In this document: piece after piece, positions 35,622 through 37,700 of the stretch
Layout: the number at the start of each line of letters is the position of its first letter
How positions within the stretch are numbered: position 1 is the first letter of the stretch
DNA from: a virus
Taxonomy: Duplodnaviria; Caudoviricetes
IMG/VR virus record: IMGVR_UViG_3300025764_000010
Location: 1-37,700 of that record
Strand: one strand, 5' to 3'
DNA length: 37,700 nucleotides
Notes under the pieces: generated by a model
The model's input: only the letters and a program-made list of their open reading frames with translations
What the model was told of the DNA's origin: nothing
Databases searched by the model: none
Position numbers and translations under genes: made by a program

Positions 35622-36872
35622 ATGTCTACACTAAACGCAGCTGTCACAACTCCACAACGCCAAGGCATTAAACTAGCTGCTGCCACTGGAGTCCTGGGAA
35701 AAAAAGAGAACCCGGCTAGTGTTGGAGATTATGTTAATTTTGATACTATAAATCGATTTAATCGATATCCGCAACTTATAAAAAGTACTCCTTATGCATC
35801 AACTGGACTTAAAAAACTCAAGACCTCCTTGACTAAAGGGATGGATTTCGACGGTGACTCACAAGCAGATGTCGATGAATTTAGATCATGGTCCAAGAAA
35901 ACGAATTTCATAGGGCAGGCTCAGACAGTAGGAGGCCACCTTTTCATGAACGGTACTTTCGCGGGAATTTGTAGCGGGAATGTTGACAGACTTAAACTTC
36001 GGCCTCTTTTAATGGGCTATACTACGATCCTTCCCGAGGGTGTTACTTCATGCTCTAACCCTGGGACGATTATGCAGCCGGAGGCAGCACAGTTTATTGT
36101 CAACGAAGGGGGTCTTGGTCAACTTAAAGAAACTTCGTATCCTGCTGAAAATGTGGTTTATGGGGTAATTGACGAATGGGATTCGATACAGTTAGACATA
36201 CGAAACCGAACAACATGCGGACTTTATGGGGAAAGTCTGGTAGATCCTATAGAACTTTCGATTCGTTATCTCCACATTATCAATCAAGGATATGTTGAAT
36301 ATGTAAGAAAATACGGTATGGGTCGCTATTCATATTCATTTCCGTTCATGGAACAATGTTTCGAAAAGGGACTGATGAATTGGGAACAGTTCAAACAGGA
36401 AATATCGACATGGATGGAAGAAAATAAATACCTCGGCCAAAACGAGGACCTCGTAGGCATTGTCAAAGCAACGCCTGTTGATGCCATGGGAAGTCTCGAT
36501 ATCATGCAGTTTAAGAAGTCCTTAGAGACGGACATTCAGATGGGCCTTTTACAGTCGGATATTTCGATGGGTGACTCAAAGGGCAGCACATATGCAGCGG
36601 GTTATGTTTCTGAAAATGCTCGAATGGTTGTTCTGGATTGTCTTCAGCAAACTGAACGAAATGTTATACAAGATTTCATAGACAGACGTTTAGTTCTGCT
36701 TGGTAAAACGCCCGGATCAGTTGAAGTTATTTTCGATGAGTTGAGTATGCCACAGATGGCAGCATCCGAAGTGCTGGAATGGGCGAATACCGGAATCATA
36801 CAAAATGATGAAGCTCGAGAATGGGCAGGTTTCCCCACATCAATAACGAGCAAGTGGCACGAAGTGGCATAA
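35622..36872 (+). CDS. Portal protein
   Basis: About 416 aa, downstream of terL. LYGESLV..I, GSTYA and terminal EAREWAGFP are portal-like motifs. Confidence 0.75.
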   Translation: MSTLNAAVTTPQRQGIKLAAATGVLGKKENPASVGDYVNFDTINRFNRYPQLIKSTPYASTGLKKLKTSLTKGMDFDGDSQADVDEFRSWSKKTNFIGQAQTVGGHLFMNGTFAGICSGNVDRLKLRPLLMGYTTILPEGVTSCSNPGTIMQPEAAQFIVNEGGLGQLKETSYPAENVVYGVIDEWDSIQLDIRNRTTCGLYGESLVDPIELSIRYLHIINQGYVEYVRKYGMGRYSYSFPFMEQCFEKGLMNWEQFKQEISTWMEENKYLGQNEDLVGIVKATPVDAMGSLDIMQFKKSLETDIQMGLLQSDISMGDSKGSTYAAGYVSENARMVVLDCLQQTERNVIQDFIDRRLVLLGKTPGSVEVIFDELSMPQMAASEVLEWANTGIIQNDEAREWAGFPTSITSKWHEVA

Positions 36873-36898
36873 AATGAGTAAATGATGGAGAATTGAAC

Positions 36899-37366
36899 AT
36901 GGTTGTTATTACAGCAGCAAATCTGAAAATGTACCAAGGGACCGTATGGGCAGAAGGAACAACGCACGGCGGGGCTATCAATACATCCGCTGAAATCGCG
37001 GCAAGCGGTGATCAGATAATATTTGACGACGTAACCGACGCACAAAGAGTATCGGGCGTGACAGAATATCGCAAAGTGTTTTTCCGAAACGAAAATGCAG
37101 ATCCCGTCAGTCTAAAAATCTGCATTTCTCAAAACTACACGGCTTCAAATGAAACAATATCAATTGCGCTCGCGGCCACTGCATCAGACGTACAAACTGC
37201 GGCTACCGCTTATTCATATAGTACACCTTCTACCGTGGCAACCGGGTTAGATTTAGGCGCACTTGGAAATAATGCTTCGCAAGGCGTCTGGATTAAACGT
37301 GTTGTGTCTGTGGGGGGTAATGGGTATGCGGTAGACACCATGGCTTTACAAATCGGGATGTACTGA
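36899..37366 (+). CDS. Putative virion structural protein
   Basis: GGAG RBS; FDDV...EYRKVFFRN...GVWIKRVV pattern seen in phage structural proteins. Confidence 0.6.
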   Translation: MVVITAANLKMYQGTVWAEGTTHGGAINTSAEIAASGDQIIFDDVTDAQRVSGVTEYRKVFFRNENADPVSLKICISQNYTASNETISIALAATASDVQTAATAYSYSTPSTVATGLDLGALGNNASQGVWIKRVVSVGGNGYAVDTMALQIGMY

Positions 37367-37368
37367 TT

Positions 37369-37674
37369 ATGTACAGTGCTACTCTATTATACGCAGTTGA
37401 AAATAAAGATAATCCAGATCAAATTTCGGTTACTGTGGAATATAGTAACAGTGACAAAACGTTTAGTCGCCAGTACGATTGGATTTCAAATACTGTCAAT
37501 GAAAAAACAATTGACTTGACAATAAAAGACGAACTCATTAAAATGAATATTGATACTCTAACTATTTTGGAAATTATGCAACCTAGGATCGGTGACAAAC
37601 ATTCGCTTGTAATTGCATCTGATAAAACGGTTACGGTAAAAATCGAGAAAGTTGCGCCAATTAAAACCGGGTGA
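37369..37674 (+). CDS. Hypothetical protein
   Basis: ORF in the late operon. Confidence 0.55.
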   Translation: MYSATLLYAVENKDNPDQISVTVEYSNSDKTFSRQYDWISNTVNEKTIDLTIKDELIKMNIDTLTILEIMQPRIGDKHSLVIASDKTVTVKIEKVAPIKTG

Positions 37675-37700
37675 TGCTCATGACCATTAAATACTGCGAT

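Overview
The window looks like most of the genome of a tailed archaeal virus (Caudoviricetes, probably a siphovirus), with a Methanosarcina-like methanogen as the likely host. Host inference rests on archaeal TATA/BRE promoters, oligo-T terminators, ribbon-helix-helix (RHH) regulators, and disaggregatase-like and lamin-tail surface proteins. Gene order: (1) tape measure 3' end and tail genes; (2) a 2082-aa modular adhesin and a beta-helix tail enzyme; (3) a membrane/secreted accessory block; (4) a putative lysis cassette (second beta-helix enzyme plus two small membrane proteins); (5) an IS200/IS605-type AbrB-TnpB element; (6) an early region with cassettes, paired putative sRNAs, operators and iterons; (7) a divergent RHH switch; (8) a ThyA-like enzyme, ERCC4 nuclease, helicase and a nested inverted-repeat origin; (9) terminase, an antisense DNA methyltransferase and portal. 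No capsid, integrase, reverse transcriptase, tRNA or CRISPR array was seen. The most notable candidates are a methanochondroitin-targeting entry and lysis system, a ThyA homolog with the dCMP-specific Asp, an apparently nested adhesin architecture, a palindromic late-gene operator regulon, and the AbrB-TnpB element next to twin structured sRNAs. All family assignments are from motif recognition by eye; no database searches were run.
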